The notes: generated by a model not told the origin, from the sequence alone. DNA of 64,000 bases from Actinomycetota bacterium (GCA_016870475.1 VGBO01000005.1:339-64338); one strand, 5' to 3'. Positions 29,606 to 39,714 are shown, numbered from the stretch's first letter. Program-made: numbers and translations.

Positions 29606-30388
29606 TCAGCGGCCCTTCCAGTTCGGCGGCCGCTTCTCGCTGAAGGCCTTCGGGCCCTCGATGTAGTCCTCGGAGCGGGCCATCGCCTTGATCGCGGTGA
29701 ACTCGCGCTGGGCCTTCGTCGCGGCCTCGACGCCGGCGAACTCGAGACCGGCGAGCACCGCCTGCTTGGACGCCCGGATCGACATCGGTGAGCACTCGAG
29801 GATGAGCCCCGCCCAGCGACGGGCGGCGTCCATCAGCTCGTCGTGGGGGACGACCTCGTTCACGAATCCGAGCTCGGCGCCTTCGACTGCGCCGACCCGA
29901 CGACCGGTGAGGATCATCCCCATCGCTCGCTTGGTGCCGATCGTCCGGGGAAGGCGATGCACCCCACCTGCGAGCGCGGCGAGACCGACACGCGGCTCGG
30001 GCAGGGCGAACACGGCCTTGTCGGAGGCGACGATGATGTCGCAGGCGAGCGCGATCTCGAACCCGCCGCCCATGGCGACGCCGTTCACGGCGGCGATGAC
30101 CGGCTTGGTGAGGCTCCAGCGCGAGGCGAGCCCACCGAACCCGGCTTCGGGCTGACCGCTCATGTCGCCGCCGGAGGCCTGGTACTTGAGGTCGTTGCCG
30201 GCACTGAACGCCCGGTCGCCGGCACCGGTGACGATCGCCACCCACTGCTCGGGGTCGTTCTCGAAGTCGTCGAACACACCTGCGAGCTCGGCGTTCGCCG
30301 GCGGATGCAGCGAATTCATCACGTCGGGACGGTTGATGGTGACGATGGTCAGATGCCCGTCACGCTCGGTCGTGCAGTACTCACCCAT
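29606..30388 (-). CDS. Enoyl-CoA hydratase (CaiD-like)
   Basis: INRPDVMNSL, FSAGNDL, AVNGVAMGGGFEIALACD, LPEPRVG, EGPKAF. Confidence 0.93.
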   Translation of the reverse strand: MGEYCTTERDGHLTIVTINRPDVMNSLHPPANAELAGVFDDFENDPEQWVAIVTGAGDRAFSAGNDLKYQASGGDMSGQPEAGFGGLASRWSLTKPVIAAVNGVAMGGGFEIALACDIIVASDKAVFALPEPRVGLAALAGGVHRLPRTIGTKRAMGMILTGRRVGAVEGAELGFVNEVVPHDELMDAARRWAGLILECSPMSIRASKQAVLAGLEFAGVEAATKAQREFTAIKAMARSEDYIEGPKAFSEKRPPNWKGR

Positions 30389-30453
30389 GGTGCAGCACCC
30401 TAGACCGCAGCGCGGAACGACGCGCCGCGCGATCCGTTGACCAGACTGCAGCG

Positions 30454-30939
30454 GTGCGCATCGACGAGATCCCCCTCCCTGCCGGTCGACCGGGCCGCCT
30501 GTTCGCCACCGGGTTCAGCGTCGTCGGCCCCGACCCGGACGCTGCCCTCGACCACGTCGGCGCCGACCTGCTCCTCTGCCTGATCACCGACCACGAGATC
30601 GGGCTGCGGTTCCCCGCGTTCGGTGACTGGCTGCGTGCCAACGCCGGAGGAAGGGCGCTGCACTTCCCCGTCGACGACGGTGGGATCGGCGACGAGGACG
30701 CGGTCGCCGACATGATCGACGACCTCAGTGGCCGGCTCGACGCCGGCGCGTCGGTCGTCACCCACTGCGGTGCCGGCCTCGGACGGACGGCGATCGTGTG
30801 CGGGCTCCTCCTCGTCCGAGCCGGCGTGCCGCTCGTCGACGCGCTGGCAACCGTGCGCGCCGCCCGACCGGGTTCCGGTCCGGAGAACCCCGACCAGCGG
30901 GGCCATCTCGAACGGATGACCGCACGGCTGCGGGTCTGA
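30454..30939 (+). CDS. Cys-based dual-specificity/protein-tyrosine phosphatase family protein
   Basis: HCGAGLGRT (CX5R), FPVDD acid loop, ARPGSGPE. Confidence 0.88.
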   Translation: MRIDEIPLPAGRPGRLFATGFSVVGPDPDAALDHVGADLLLCLITDHEIGLRFPAFGDWLRANAGGRALHFPVDDGGIGDEDAVADMIDDLSGRLDAGASVVTHCGAGLGRTAIVCGLLLVRAGVPLVDALATVRAARPGSGPENPDQRGHLERMTARLRV

Positions 30940-30965
30940 CGACGCACAACCGCTCCCGGACGCGC

Positions 30966-30995
30966 CGGTGCCCCGGCCCGAGGGCCGGGGCACCG
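30966..30995. terminator. GC-rich hairpin between convergent genes (probable bidirectional terminator)
   Basis: Perfect inverted repeat CGGTGCCCCGGCCC-GA-GGGCCGGGGCACCG; no U-tract, which is common in actinobacteria. Confidence 0.7.
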
Positions 30996-31025
30996 TGACG
31001 AACCGCTCGGGTCCGACGATCCGGA

Positions 31026-32393
31026 TCAGATCGTGGCCCGCTCCGAGCCGTAGCCGGCCATGCCGTGCTCGGTGACGTCGAGGCCGGCGATCTCCTCCTC
31101 CTCGGGGACCCGGAGACCGATGGTCGCCTTGATCCCGAGGAACAGGACCGCCGCCGCCGCCATCGTGAAGGCCGCCACGGCGACCACACCGATGAGCTGG
31201 CTCACGAGCTGCGAGGCACCGCCGCCGTAGAAGAGGCCCTTGGCGACCACGCCCTCGACCTCCTTGGCGGAGAACAACCCGACGGCAATCGTGCCCCAGG
31301 CACCACAGACACCGTGGACGGAGATCGCGCCGACCGGGTCGTCGATCTTGATCCGATCGAAGAAGAAGACCGAGGCGACCACGAGGGCACCGGAGACCGC
31401 ACCGGTGATCACGGCGCCGACCGCCGACATGGCGTAGGTCCCGGCGGTGACGCCGACGAGACCGGCCAGCAAACCGTTCGCCGCCATCGCCACGTCCGGC
31501 TTCCCCGCCTTCGCCCAGATCGTGAACATCGCAACCACCGCGCCCGCAGCAGCGGAGAGCGTGGTGGTGAGGGCGATCTCGCCGATCTCGGGGCCCGCCC
31601 CGAGCCACGAGCCCGGGTTGAAGCCGTACCAGCCGACGAGGAGGATCAACGTGCCGAGGATCGCGAAGGGGATGTTGTGACCGGGGATGCCACGGGGCTT
31701 CCCGTCGGGGCCGTACTTCCCGAGGCGGGGTCCGAGCACCGCCGCACCGACGAGTGCCGCCCAACCGCCGACGCTGTGCACGATCGTCGACCCGGCGAAG
31801 TCGTGGAAGGGGGTCGAGAGCTGGTAGAGCCAGCCGCCACCCCACTGCCAACGGACGACGACCGGGTAGATGACCGCCGAGATGAAGATGCTGTACACGA
31901 AGTAGGACTTGAACTTCGTCCGTTCCGCCATCGCACCGGACACGATCGTCGCAGCGGTCGCCGCGAAGGCGACCTGGAAGATGAAGAAGGTCGGCGCGGT
32001 CAGGTTGCCGTAGGCGAAGGCCCCGTCACCGAGGAACCACCCGCCGCCGCCGATGTACGCCCCGAGGCCCTCGAACCCGCCGCCGAAGGCGATGGCGAAG
32101 CCGACAACGAAGAACGCGAGCGCACCGGCCGCGAAGTCCATCAGATTCTTCATCATGATGTTCGCGACGCTCTTCGCCCGCGTGAGTCCGGCCTCGACGA
32201 GCGCGAACCCTGCCTGCATGAAGATGACGAGCACCGCCGACAACAGGATGTAGACGTTGTCGAGCGTCACCTGCAGGTCGTCGACCGTGGGGCCTTCGGC
32301 CTCCTGTGCCAGGGCCGGTACGGCGGTAGCCACGAGAACGGCGCCTGCCGCTGCCGCGGCGACCACCCCTCGTCCGATCGTTCCGAGTTTCAC
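31026..32393 (-). CDS. amt: Ammonium transporter
   Basis: MQAGFALVEAG, FQVAFAATAATIVSGAMAER, DFAGSTIVH, GWYGFNPGS, NGLLAGLVGVTA, IDDPVGAISVHG. Confidence 0.96.
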   Translation of the reverse strand: MKLGTIGRGVVAAAAAGAVLVATAVPALAQEAEGPTVDDLQVTLDNVYILLSAVLVIFMQAGFALVEAGLTRAKSVANIMMKNLMDFAAGALAFFVVGFAIAFGGGFEGLGAYIGGGGWFLGDGAFAYGNLTAPTFFIFQVAFAATAATIVSGAMAERTKFKSYFVYSIFISAVIYPVVVRWQWGGGWLYQLSTPFHDFAGSTIVHSVGGWAALVGAAVLGPRLGKYGPDGKPRGIPGHNIPFAILGTLILLVGWYGFNPGSWLGAGPEIGEIALTTTLSAAAGAVVAMFTIWAKAGKPDVAMAANGLLAGLVGVTAGTYAMSAVGAVITGAVSGALVVASVFFFDRIKIDDPVGAISVHGVCGAWGTIAVGLFSAKEVEGVVAKGLFYGGGASQLVSQLIGVVAVAAFTMAAAAVLFLGIKATIGLRVPEEEEIAGLDVTEHGMAGYGSERATI

Positions 32394-32484
32394 CTCGTGT
32401 CCTCCTGCTCTGTGATCCGCCGACGACGGTCCCGTCGACGTGCATCAGCATGCAGGGTCAGCATTTCCCGGCTGTTCGCTCAGC

Positions 32485-32522
32485 GTGAACGAACAATGCA
32501 CACGATGTTTCGGCCGTGTTTC
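32485..32522 (-). promoter_or_regulatory. Putative GlnR binding array upstream of amt
   Basis: On the minus strand GAAAC-n6-GAAAC-n6-TGCAT-n6-TTCAC with exact 11-bp periodicity; on the plus strand a tandem TGTTTCGGCCG repeat. Confidence 0.7.
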
Positions 32523-32538
32523 GGCCGGAGCGAGGGGA

Positions 32539-33369
32539 TCAGCCCGCCGTTGCGCGGGCGATGCACGCCCGGGCGTGTGTGAACGCCTCGACCGCCCGAG
32601 GGAACCCGCCGTACACGACGAGCTGCACCATGATCTCCTCGACCTCCGTCGCCGTGCAGCCGTGCTGCAGCGCTCCGGGGACGTGCACGCGGAACTCGTC
32701 GTGCCGGCCGAGCATGGCGAGGATCGCGCACACGACCATGGAGCGGTCACGACGCGACAGCTCGTCACGAGCCCAGACCTCGCCGAACGCCCAGTCGTGG
32801 GCGAGCTCCCCGACCGCACCGAGGCGGTCGACGAGGTTCGCCCGCGCGACCGCCGGGTCCGGGTCGACCCGCCCGCCGGTGAGCCCGACGAGCACGTCGT
32901 ATGCGGCGGCGCGGCGCTCGGCGTCGGACTTCGACGCAGCTGGAGTCTTCGGCGGACGCCGGTCGACACCGTCGAGCTCGTTCTGCACGCGGTCCCACAC
33001 CCGCGCGGCGGGGAGAGCAGTCGGGAACCCTGCGTAGGTGGCGACGTGCAGCAGGATCTCGTCGATCTCGGTGCGGGTGAGGCCGTGGTTGAGGCCGCCC
33101 TTGCAGTGCAGGAACAGCTCCTCCTCCGACCCGAGCGTCGCCAGGAACGCGATCACGATCATCGAGCGGTCGCGACGGGAGAGCTGCGGGCGGCTCCACA
33201 GGTCGCCGAGCACGAAGTCCTGGGCGAAGCTGCCGAGCGCCCCATAGCGCCGTGCCATCCCCGCGGTCGCCTTCTCCGGGTCGAGTCCCGGCACGAGCGT
33301 CGACAGGACGTCGTGGGCGGCCGCGTGCCGCTCGGCGTAGGTGCGTTCGACCGGTGTGTGCCCGCTCAT
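32539..33369 (-). CDS. Tandem carboxymuconolactone decarboxylase (CMD)-family protein
   Basis: Two repeats of G(D/E).W.R..LSRRDRSM...H..G.L.HG.T..E..EI.......Y.GFP.A. Confidence 0.88.
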   Translation of the reverse strand: MSGHTPVERTYAERHAAAHDVLSTLVPGLDPEKATAGMARRYGALGSFAQDFVLGDLWSRPQLSRRDRSMIVIAFLATLGSEEELFLHCKGGLNHGLTRTEIDEILLHVATYAGFPTALPAARVWDRVQNELDGVDRRPPKTPAASKSDAERRAAAYDVLVGLTGGRVDPDPAVARANLVDRLGAVGELAHDWAFGEVWARDELSRRDRSMVVCAILAMLGRHDEFRVHVPGALQHGCTATEVEEIMVQLVVYGGFPRAVEAFTHARACIARATAG

Positions 33370-34175
33370 GTCCCCTGTCCCCCCTCGGACGTTGCCGCGT
33401 CGCGGTTGACCCGGACGAGCCCTTCCTGCGCGATGGTCGCGACGTGGGTGCCCCGACGATCGTGCACCGTACCGGTCGCCATGCCCCGCGCGTTCACGAG
33501 ACCATGACCCCGAAGGTCGAACAGCAGCCACTCGTCCGCCCGCGCCGGGCGGTGGAACCACACGGCATGGTCGAGGCTCGCCGTCATCAGCCAGTCCCAG
33601 TCCTGGCCGATCGGGTGCGACAGGGCGATGGCGTCCATCGGGTTGTGGTCGCTCAGGTAGGCGAGCGCGCTCACCTGCAGCGCCTCGTCGTCGCCGAGGG
33701 ACTCATCGGCCCGGATCCACAGCTGCGAGCGCGCCTCACCCGGACGGCGGGGCACTTCGCGCACCTCGCCGGAGCACGGCCAGTCGACGGGCGCGCAGTC
33801 CTCGGGTGCAGGGATGTCGTCGGGGAGGCCGGTCTCCTGCACGTCGAGGTCCGGCTCGTGCCGCTGGAAGCTCGCATCGAGGTTGAGGATCGCTCCCGAC
33901 GCCTGGCGGGCGACGACCCGGCGCGTCGAGAACGACCGGCCGTCGCGCAGGCGGTCCACCTCGTACAGGATCGGCTGCTCGGGCTCACCGGCCAACACGT
34001 AGTAGGCGTGCAGGGAGTGGAGGCGGTGCGGGGCGGTGACGGTGTGCAACGCGGCACGGACCGCCTGCGCGACGACCTGTCCGCCGTAGATGCGGCCCCA
34101 GTCGTAGGCCGGGCTCTGGCCGACGAAGAAGTCGGCGGCGACATGTTCGAGGGCCAGGAGTTCGGTCAGGCGCAC
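33366..34175 (-). CDS. tesB: Acyl-CoA thioesterase II (TesB-like)
   Basis: IYGGQVVAQA, HSLHAYY, RDGRSFSTRRV, LAYLSD, ASLDHAVWFH, AQEGL. Confidence 0.88.
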   Translation of the reverse strand: MRLTELLALEHVAADFFVGQSPAYDWGRIYGGQVVAQAVRAALHTVTAPHRLHSLHAYYVLAGEPEQPILYEVDRLRDGRSFSTRRVVARQASGAILNLDASFQRHEPDLDVQETGLPDDIPAPEDCAPVDWPCSGEVREVPRRPGEARSQLWIRADESLGDDEALQVSALAYLSDHNPMDAIALSHPIGQDWDWLMTASLDHAVWFHRPARADEWLLFDLRGHGLVNARGMATGTVHDRRGTHVATIAQEGLVRVNRDAATSEGGQGT

Positions 34176-34186
34176 GGGGGCGGAGG

Positions 34187-35404
34187 CTACCGCCCGCCCG
34201 CCGGCACCCCGCCGGCCGCCTCGAGTCGGGCGACGACACCTTCGAGGGAGACCACGTACACCTCGCCGGCCGCGTCCTCACCGAAGGAGACGATCCGTTC
34301 GGGACCGTCGGTGAGCAGCGAGACCGGACCGGCGGCCACCGTCGCCGAGATCATCCGCACCCCCGCCCGGCAGTAGTCGGCGAACAGGTACCGGCCGACC
34401 AGCGCCCGGAGGAGGCGGCCCCGGTAGACCACCCCACCGGTCACCGAGCAGCCTCCGAACCCCTTGTCGTCGTGGCGGTACTCGAACCACGGCCCGACGG
34501 CGTCGGGCGCGACCGTCGCACCACCCTCGAACGTTGCCGAACCTTCGAACGCGTCCCATCCGAAGTCGGCGCCCCGGCCGCCACCCTCCACCGCCCGCAC
34601 GACCGAGATCTCCTCGATCGCGTTCTGCCCGACGTCACCGACCCACAGGTCGCCCGTCAAGCGGTCGAAGGAGAACCGCCACGGGTTCCGCAGCCCCTGG
34701 GACCACACCTCGGGTGGTGTCCCCACCGGAGCATCCGGGTCGATCCGCAGGATCTTGCCGAGGAACGACGCCGGATCCCGCGCGACACCACCCGGGTCGC
34801 CGGACGATCCACCGTCGCCGAGGCCGAGGTACCACGCATCGTCCGGGCCGAGGACGATCTGTCCGCCGTTGTGGTTCGCATAGGGCTGTGCGACTCGCAC
34901 CAGCACGGTTCGGGACGACGGATCGGCGCGACCGTCCGCGCCGATGCGGTAGGCGGCGACCTCGGTGTCGCCGTCCTCGTCGGTGAGGTGCACCACCAGC
35001 CGGGTGCCCGTCGCTTCGAACGCTATGCCGAGCAGGCCGCGTTCGCCCTTGGCCTCGGTGCGGTCGGACACGTCGAGCACCTCGACCGGCGGACCGTCGT
35101 CGTCAGGGACGAACCTGAACACACGTCCGCCGCGCTCGGCGACGTGCAACCGCCCCGGCACCGGGTCGCCCGGCCGGGCGACGACGGCGACGGGCTCCTT
35201 GAACCTCCCGACCGGTCGGGCCACGACCACCGTCGGGCCCGAGACCCCGTCGTCGGGGGCCACCGTCGACCCCACCGTCGCAGCGGAGCCGCCGGAACGC
35301 GACGCGGACGACGCGTCCGGACCGCACGCGGCCACGAGGGCGACCGAGGCGAACAGTGCGCCGGCGACTGCGGCGGGACGTCGGAACCACCGGCTGGCGG
35401 CCAT
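34187..35404 (-). CDS. PQQ-dependent sugar dehydrogenase-like (GSDH family) lipoprotein
   Basis: Lipobox VAAC, GERGLLG, NHNGGQ, GDGG, LGKILRID, GLRNPWRFSFD, DVGQN..EE, SFGED. Confidence 0.88.
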   Translation of the reverse strand: MAASRWFRRPAAVAGALFASVALVAACGPDASSASRSGGSAATVGSTVAPDDGVSGPTVVVARPVGRFKEPVAVVARPGDPVPGRLHVAERGGRVFRFVPDDDGPPVEVLDVSDRTEAKGERGLLGIAFEATGTRLVVHLTDEDGDTEVAAYRIGADGRADPSSRTVLVRVAQPYANHNGGQIVLGPDDAWYLGLGDGGSSGDPGGVARDPASFLGKILRIDPDAPVGTPPEVWSQGLRNPWRFSFDRLTGDLWVGDVGQNAIEEISVVRAVEGGGRGADFGWDAFEGSATFEGGATVAPDAVGPWFEYRHDDKGFGGCSVTGGVVYRGRLLRALVGRYLFADYCRAGVRMISATVAAGPVSLLTDGPERIVSFGEDAAGEVYVVSLEGVVARLEAAGGVPAGGR

Positions 35405-35413
35405 GACCCGACG

Positions 35414-35905
35414 CTATGCAGCCGGCCGACCCTCTCCCGCCTCGAGCTCGAGCAGCGCGCGCTTTCGGTCGAGTCCGCCCGCGTAGCCGGTGAGCCGACC
35501 GTCGGCACCGATCACCCGGTGGCACGGGACGACCACGGCGAGCGGGTTGCGTCCGTTTGCGAGCCCCACCGCCCGCACGGCGCGGGGCCGGCCGATCCGA
35601 TCCGCGAGCTCGCCGTAGGAACACGTCACCCCGTAGGGGACCTCGACGAGCGCGGCCCACACCGCCCGCTGGAACGCCGTCCCGACGGGTCGCAGCGGCA
35701 GGTCGAATCGACGGAGCCGCCCGGCGAAGTAGTCGTGCAACTGCGCAGCGGCCTCACCGAGCAACGGGTCGTCGGTGCCGGGGAGCGCTCCGGCCGGCAC
35801 CCGCTGGTGGTGCCCGTCGAGGTACACCCCGACGAGCGCGCCGTCCGACGCAACGAGGGCGAGCGGGCCGATCGGGCTCGCCACGGTGGTCGTCGACGCG
35901 GACAT
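35414..35905 (-). CDS. ogt: Methylated-DNA--protein-cysteine methyltransferase
   Basis: [37 protein letters not shown]. Confidence 0.94.
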   Translation of the reverse strand: MSASTTTVASPIGPLALVASDGALVGVYLDGHHQRVPAGALPGTDDPLLGEAAAQLHDYFAGRLRRFDLPLRPVGTAFQRAVWAALVEVPYGVTCSYGELADRIGRPRAVRAVGLANGRNPLAVVVPCHRVIGADGRLTGYAGGLDRKRALLELEAGEGRPAA

Positions 35906-37176
35906 CACGGGAACCGGACGGTGCCGTCGGATCCGAAGACCGTGTCGTCGTGCTCGCCCAGGCGGGGCGCCGTGCGCCGGATCGACCACGGCGTCGCCCC
36001 GAACCGGATGGGCCCACCCGGATAGGTGACCGTCCGACCGAGCTCGGGCTGGTGCACCGGGGTCGGCCAGCCACGTGCGATGAAGTGCGGGTCGGCGAGC
36101 ACCTCCTCCGGGCTGTTGATCGCGCCGGACGCCATACCCCGCTGCTGCATGCCGAGCATGAACTCCTGCGCCGTGACGTGCGCGGCGATGAAGATCACCG
36201 CGTCCCGACCCGACTGGAAGATCTCGCCCATGAGATCGTCCTCGGCGATCTGCGCGAGGTCCAACACGTTGCCCGCCTCGCCCTCCCCGTCGAGCTCGGC
36301 ACCGAGCCGGAGCACCCCGATCCCGTCGAAGTCCTCCGCGATCCCGAGCTCGTCGAGCCACGCGACCACGGCGCGGAACTCCGGCGGTCGTCGCGGCGGG
36401 ATGCCGGTGTTCACGTGGCGACCGTCGGCGGTCGCGGCCTGGGTGGGGAACGACGGGTTCGGAGCGGCGTGCCGGCCGGTCTGGCGTTGCACGGTCTGGC
36501 CGGCCACGAGCCAGGAGTACGACGCGAACTCGGTGGTCACGTTCGCCGCCGCGTACAGGTTCACGTCGATGCGCTGACCGACGCCGGCGTGCTCCCGGTA
36601 CAGCAGCGCCGTGAGGATCGACATCACCGCGTAGTGGGCGCCGGTGTTGAAGGCCTGACCCCCGCCGCCGCGCACCGGCGGCAGCGTGTGGTCGTCGTAC
36701 CCGCAACTCCACACCGGCCCCCCTTCCGCGAGGAGGGTGAGGTCGGTGAAGGGCTGGCGCGACCGCTCGTCGGTCGGGCCGTACCCGGTGATCGAGGTCC
36801 ACACGAGGCGCGGGGCGTCCGCGCGCACCGCGGCCGGGTCGAGCCCCGCTGCGGCGAGCCGGCCGGGCGCCTCCGCCTCGACGACGACGTCGGCGGCGGC
36901 GAGCAGGGCCCGCAGGCGCCTGCTGTCGGTCGGGTCGTCGAGATCGAGGGCGACGCCGTGCTTGGAGGTCTGGTGGTGCCACCACCACAGGCTGCGTTCG
37001 GGATCGCCCACGTCGTCGACGAAGGGTTCGTACCAGCGCAACGGGCTGCCCGCCCGCGGTTCGACGAGCACGACCGTCGCGCCGTGGTCGGCGAGCAGCT
37101 TGCCGGCGTAGGCGGTCGCCTCGGAGGCGATCTCGACGACCCGCACCCCATCGAGCGGACCACGCTCCCCGGCCAT
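35905..37176 (-). CDS. Family III CoA-transferase, probable non-catalytic subunit
   Basis: [40 protein letters not shown]; no Asp at the catalytic position (GGQAFNTG). Confidence 0.87.
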   Translation of the reverse strand: MAGERGPLDGVRVVEIASEATAYAGKLLADHGATVVLVEPRAGSPLRWYEPFVDDVGDPERSLWWWHHQTSKHGVALDLDDPTDSRRLRALLAAADVVVEAEAPGRLAAAGLDPAAVRADAPRLVWTSITGYGPTDERSRQPFTDLTLLAEGGPVWSCGYDDHTLPPVRGGGGQAFNTGAHYAVMSILTALLYREHAGVGQRIDVNLYAAANVTTEFASYSWLVAGQTVQRQTGRHAAPNPSFPTQAATADGRHVNTGIPPRRPPEFRAVVAWLDELGIAEDFDGIGVLRLGAELDGEGEAGNVLDLAQIAEDDLMGEIFQSGRDAVIFIAAHVTAQEFMLGMQQRGMASGAINSPEEVLADPHFIARGWPTPVHQPELGRTVTYPGGPIRFGATPWSIRRTAPRLGEHDDTVFGSDGTVRFP

Positions 37177-38408
37177 CAGATGACCCCCTCGGCGCGCAGC
37201 CCGTCGATCTCCGAGGAGGACAGGCCGAGCAGATCGCCGTAGACGACGTCGTTGTGCTCGCCGAGCAGCGGCGCGCCGGTGGTCATGTCCCAGTCGGTCT
37301 CGGAGAGGTGGACGGGCAGCCCGTCGACCCGGACGTCGCCCATCGCGCCGTGCGCCACCGTCGGCCAGAGCGGCCAGGCACCCGTGGCGGGATCGCCGTC
37401 GATGCGTTCCGCCGGTCGTCGGACCGGCGCAGCGGCCACGCCGGCCGCCCGCAGCGCCGCCGCCGTGGCGAACCGGTCGGCGCCACGCGTCCACGCGGCG
37501 ACGGCGGCGTCGAGGGCGTCCTGGTCGTCGAGGCGCCCCCGTACCGACGCCCACGCCGTCCGGTCGGGCAACGCCGCGCCGGCGACGGTGCGCAACGCCT
37601 CCCATTCGGCGTCGTCACGGCAGGAGATCGCGATCCACTCGTCGTCCCCGGCGCCGGGGTAGATGCCGTGCGGCGCCATCGCCGGCCACGCGTTCCGGTT
37701 GCTGTTCGGCGACCCCGGGCGGCGCATCGGTCGCCCGTTCACGTCGAAGTCGAGCATCGCCGGGCCGTGGAGCGCCGCCCCGGCCTCGGTGCAGGACAGG
37801 TCCACCCACTGCCCCTCACCGGTGCGGACACGGTGGAAGAGCGCCATCAGGATCGCGATCGCCATCGCGTACCCGCCGGTGTGGTCCATGAAGGAGTAGC
37901 CCCACCCGGCCGGGTCCTCGTCGGGCAACCCGGAGGTGAAGGTGAGCCCGGACACCGCCTGCGCGATCGGCCCCCACGACTTGAACGTGCCGTACGGGCC
38001 CGTCTGGCCGAACCCGCAGTTCGACACGTAGACGATGTCGGGCCGCAGCTCCCGGAGCCGGGGGTACCCGAAACCCCACCGTTCGAGCACCCCGGCGGCG
38101 AAGTTCTCCGTGACGGCGTCCGAACGACGAACGAGCTCGGCGAGGAGTTCCTTGCCGCGGTCGGTCCGCACGTTGAGGGTGATGCCGAGCTTGCCGACGT
38201 TGTGGTTCTGGAACCCGGCGCCGAACTCGATGCCGCGCCGGTCGTCCTTGAAGGGGGGCGATCCCCGCAGGATGTCCCAGCGCCCCTTCGTCACCGGATC
38301 CTCGATCCGGATCACCTGCGCGCCGAACGCAGCGAGCCATTTCGTGGCACCGGCGCCGGCGAGCTGGCCGGTGAAGTCGCAGATGCGGAGATGTGACAGT
38401 GCCCCCAC
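37176..38408 (-). CDS. Family III CoA-transferase (CaiB/BaiF), catalytic subunit
   Basis: [36 protein letters not shown] (catalytic Asp), GEGQWVD. Start moved to GTG 38408 because TAGCGT lies 7 nt upstream. Confidence 0.9.
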   Translation of the reverse strand: MGALSHLRICDFTGQLAGAGATKWLAAFGAQVIRIEDPVTKGRWDILRGSPPFKDDRRGIEFGAGFQNHNVGKLGITLNVRTDRGKELLAELVRRSDAVTENFAAGVLERWGFGYPRLRELRPDIVYVSNCGFGQTGPYGTFKSWGPIAQAVSGLTFTSGLPDEDPAGWGYSFMDHTGGYAMAIAILMALFHRVRTGEGQWVDLSCTEAGAALHGPAMLDFDVNGRPMRRPGSPNSNRNAWPAMAPHGIYPGAGDDEWIAISCRDDAEWEALRTVAGAALPDRTAWASVRGRLDDQDALDAAVAAWTRGADRFATAAALRAAGVAAAPVRRPAERIDGDPATGAWPLWPTVAHGAMGDVRVDGLPVHLSETDWDMTTGAPLLGEHNDVVYGDLLGLSSSEIDGLRAEGVI

Positions 38409-38485
38409 GGGCGGCACGCTAGCGCCGGGTCGACGGACCCGCCGCGTGTCCGCAGCGGCCGACCATGGCAGGATGCAGACCCGTC

Positions 38486-39166
38486 ATGGAGCCCATGCAC
38501 CTCGTCTACCCCGACCCGCAGTTCGCCCGCCGTGAGGCGACGGCACGGGCGGTCCGCCGCCTCGCCGAGGCACTCGTCGCCCACCACGTCGACGACGACG
38601 ACCTCGACGACGTCGCCGCCTGGGCCGACGCGACGGCCGCCCGGCTCGAGCGCGGCGACCCGGTCGCCCGTCGGGACGACTACCAGAAGCGTCGGTACAC
38701 CGACCCCCGCCCCGCCGACGGCGACCGCCTCATCAGCTTCACCGACCGGCCGTTCTCCGGGCCGGCGAACCCCGCCGCCTACGACCTCGTCATCCACGCC
38801 GACGGCGAGGACGCCGTCGGCGTCGCCCGCTTCGGCAAGCTCCAGGAGGCGTCCCCGGGACGCGCCCACGGCGGGGTCACCGCATCGGCGTTCGACGACG
38901 TGATGGGCTACGTCATGTCCGTCGCCGCGATCGCCGCGTACACCGGCGAACTGACCGTGCGATACCTGGCACCGATGCCGCTGCACGAGCCGGTGACGTT
39001 CCGCTGCGGGGTGGCGGAGCGAGACGGACGGCGCTGGACGGTCGCCGGAACGGCGACCGCTGCCGACGGCACCGTGGTCGCAACCGGCAGCGCCCGGTTC
39101 ATCGTCGTCCCACCCGAACGGTTCGACCTCCCCGCCGACGCCGTCGCCCCGCCGCCCCGGGGCTGA
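38486..39166 (+). CDS. PaaI-family thioesterase with N-terminal helical extension
   Basis: PFSGPANP, PGRAHGGVTASAFDDVMG, YTGELTVRY. Confidence 0.85.
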   Translation: MEPMHLVYPDPQFARREATARAVRRLAEALVAHHVDDDDLDDVAAWADATAARLERGDPVARRDDYQKRRYTDPRPADGDRLISFTDRPFSGPANPAAYDLVIHADGEDAVGVARFGKLQEASPGRAHGGVTASAFDDVMGYVMSVAAIAAYTGELTVRYLAPMPLHEPVTFRCGVAERDGRRWTVAGTATAADGTVVATGSARFIVVPPERFDLPADAVAPPPRG

Positions 39167-39234
39167 CCCGGCCGACGTCACCCGCCGGAAAGCTTGGGGC
39201 GGACCGATCCGGACGGGTACCCTCCGGGGTCACC

Positions 39235-39609
39235 ATGGCCAAGACAGTCGCTCTCGACGCACCGTTCCGCAAGGGTGAGAAGGTCCGTGCGACCACCGAC
39301 CTGCCTGGCGTCCCCGAGGGCACCGACGGACGGGTGAAGCTCATCAACGGCGTGACCTGGACCCGGTACTGGGTTTTCTTCGACAACGGCGTGGGCCTCG
39401 GGTCCCTCGACCACCGCCAACTCGTGCGACGAGGCCAGTGGGACGAGCACCTCGAACGGCGCTCCACGGCCGCGCAGGCGCCGGTCGCCCCGGTCGCCCC
39501 GACCGACGACGCTACGGCCGGTCCCTCCGACGGTGGCGGCGGGTCGAAGGTGCCGGATGCGCTGCTCGAACGGGCCCGCAAGCGTCGTGAGGCGCTCGGC
39601 AAGGCGTGA
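39235..39609 (+). CDS. Hypothetical protein (small beta-rich domain plus basic tail)
   Basis: DLPGVPEGTDGRV, TWTRYWVFFDNG; coding-like codon usage. Confidence 0.78.
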   Translation: MAKTVALDAPFRKGEKVRATTDLPGVPEGTDGRVKLINGVTWTRYWVFFDNGVGLGSLDHRQLVRRGQWDEHLERRSTAAQAPVAPVAPTDDATAGPSDGGGGSKVPDALLERARKRREALGKA

Positions 39610-39625
39610 TCCCCTCCTGCACCCT

Positions 39626-39639
39626 GTGACCTTCGGCCC
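39626..39639. promoter_or_regulatory. Putative DosR/DevR-type box
   Basis: GTGACCTTCGGCCC fits GGGNCNNNNGNCCC with one mismatch; lies upstream of the kinase-regulator pair. Confidence 0.5.
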
Positions 39640-39714
39640 TACGGGCGGTCACGGCGTGGACCTACGGTCGGCGACGATGCGCGTCTTGTCCCCAGCCCCC
39701 GGGGCGGAGTCCCC

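Noticed and set aside
32506-32527. Tandem TGTTTCGGCCG repeat as a CRISPR or VNTR
   Set aside because: Only two 11-bp units with no spacers or cas genes; it fits a transcription-factor site better.
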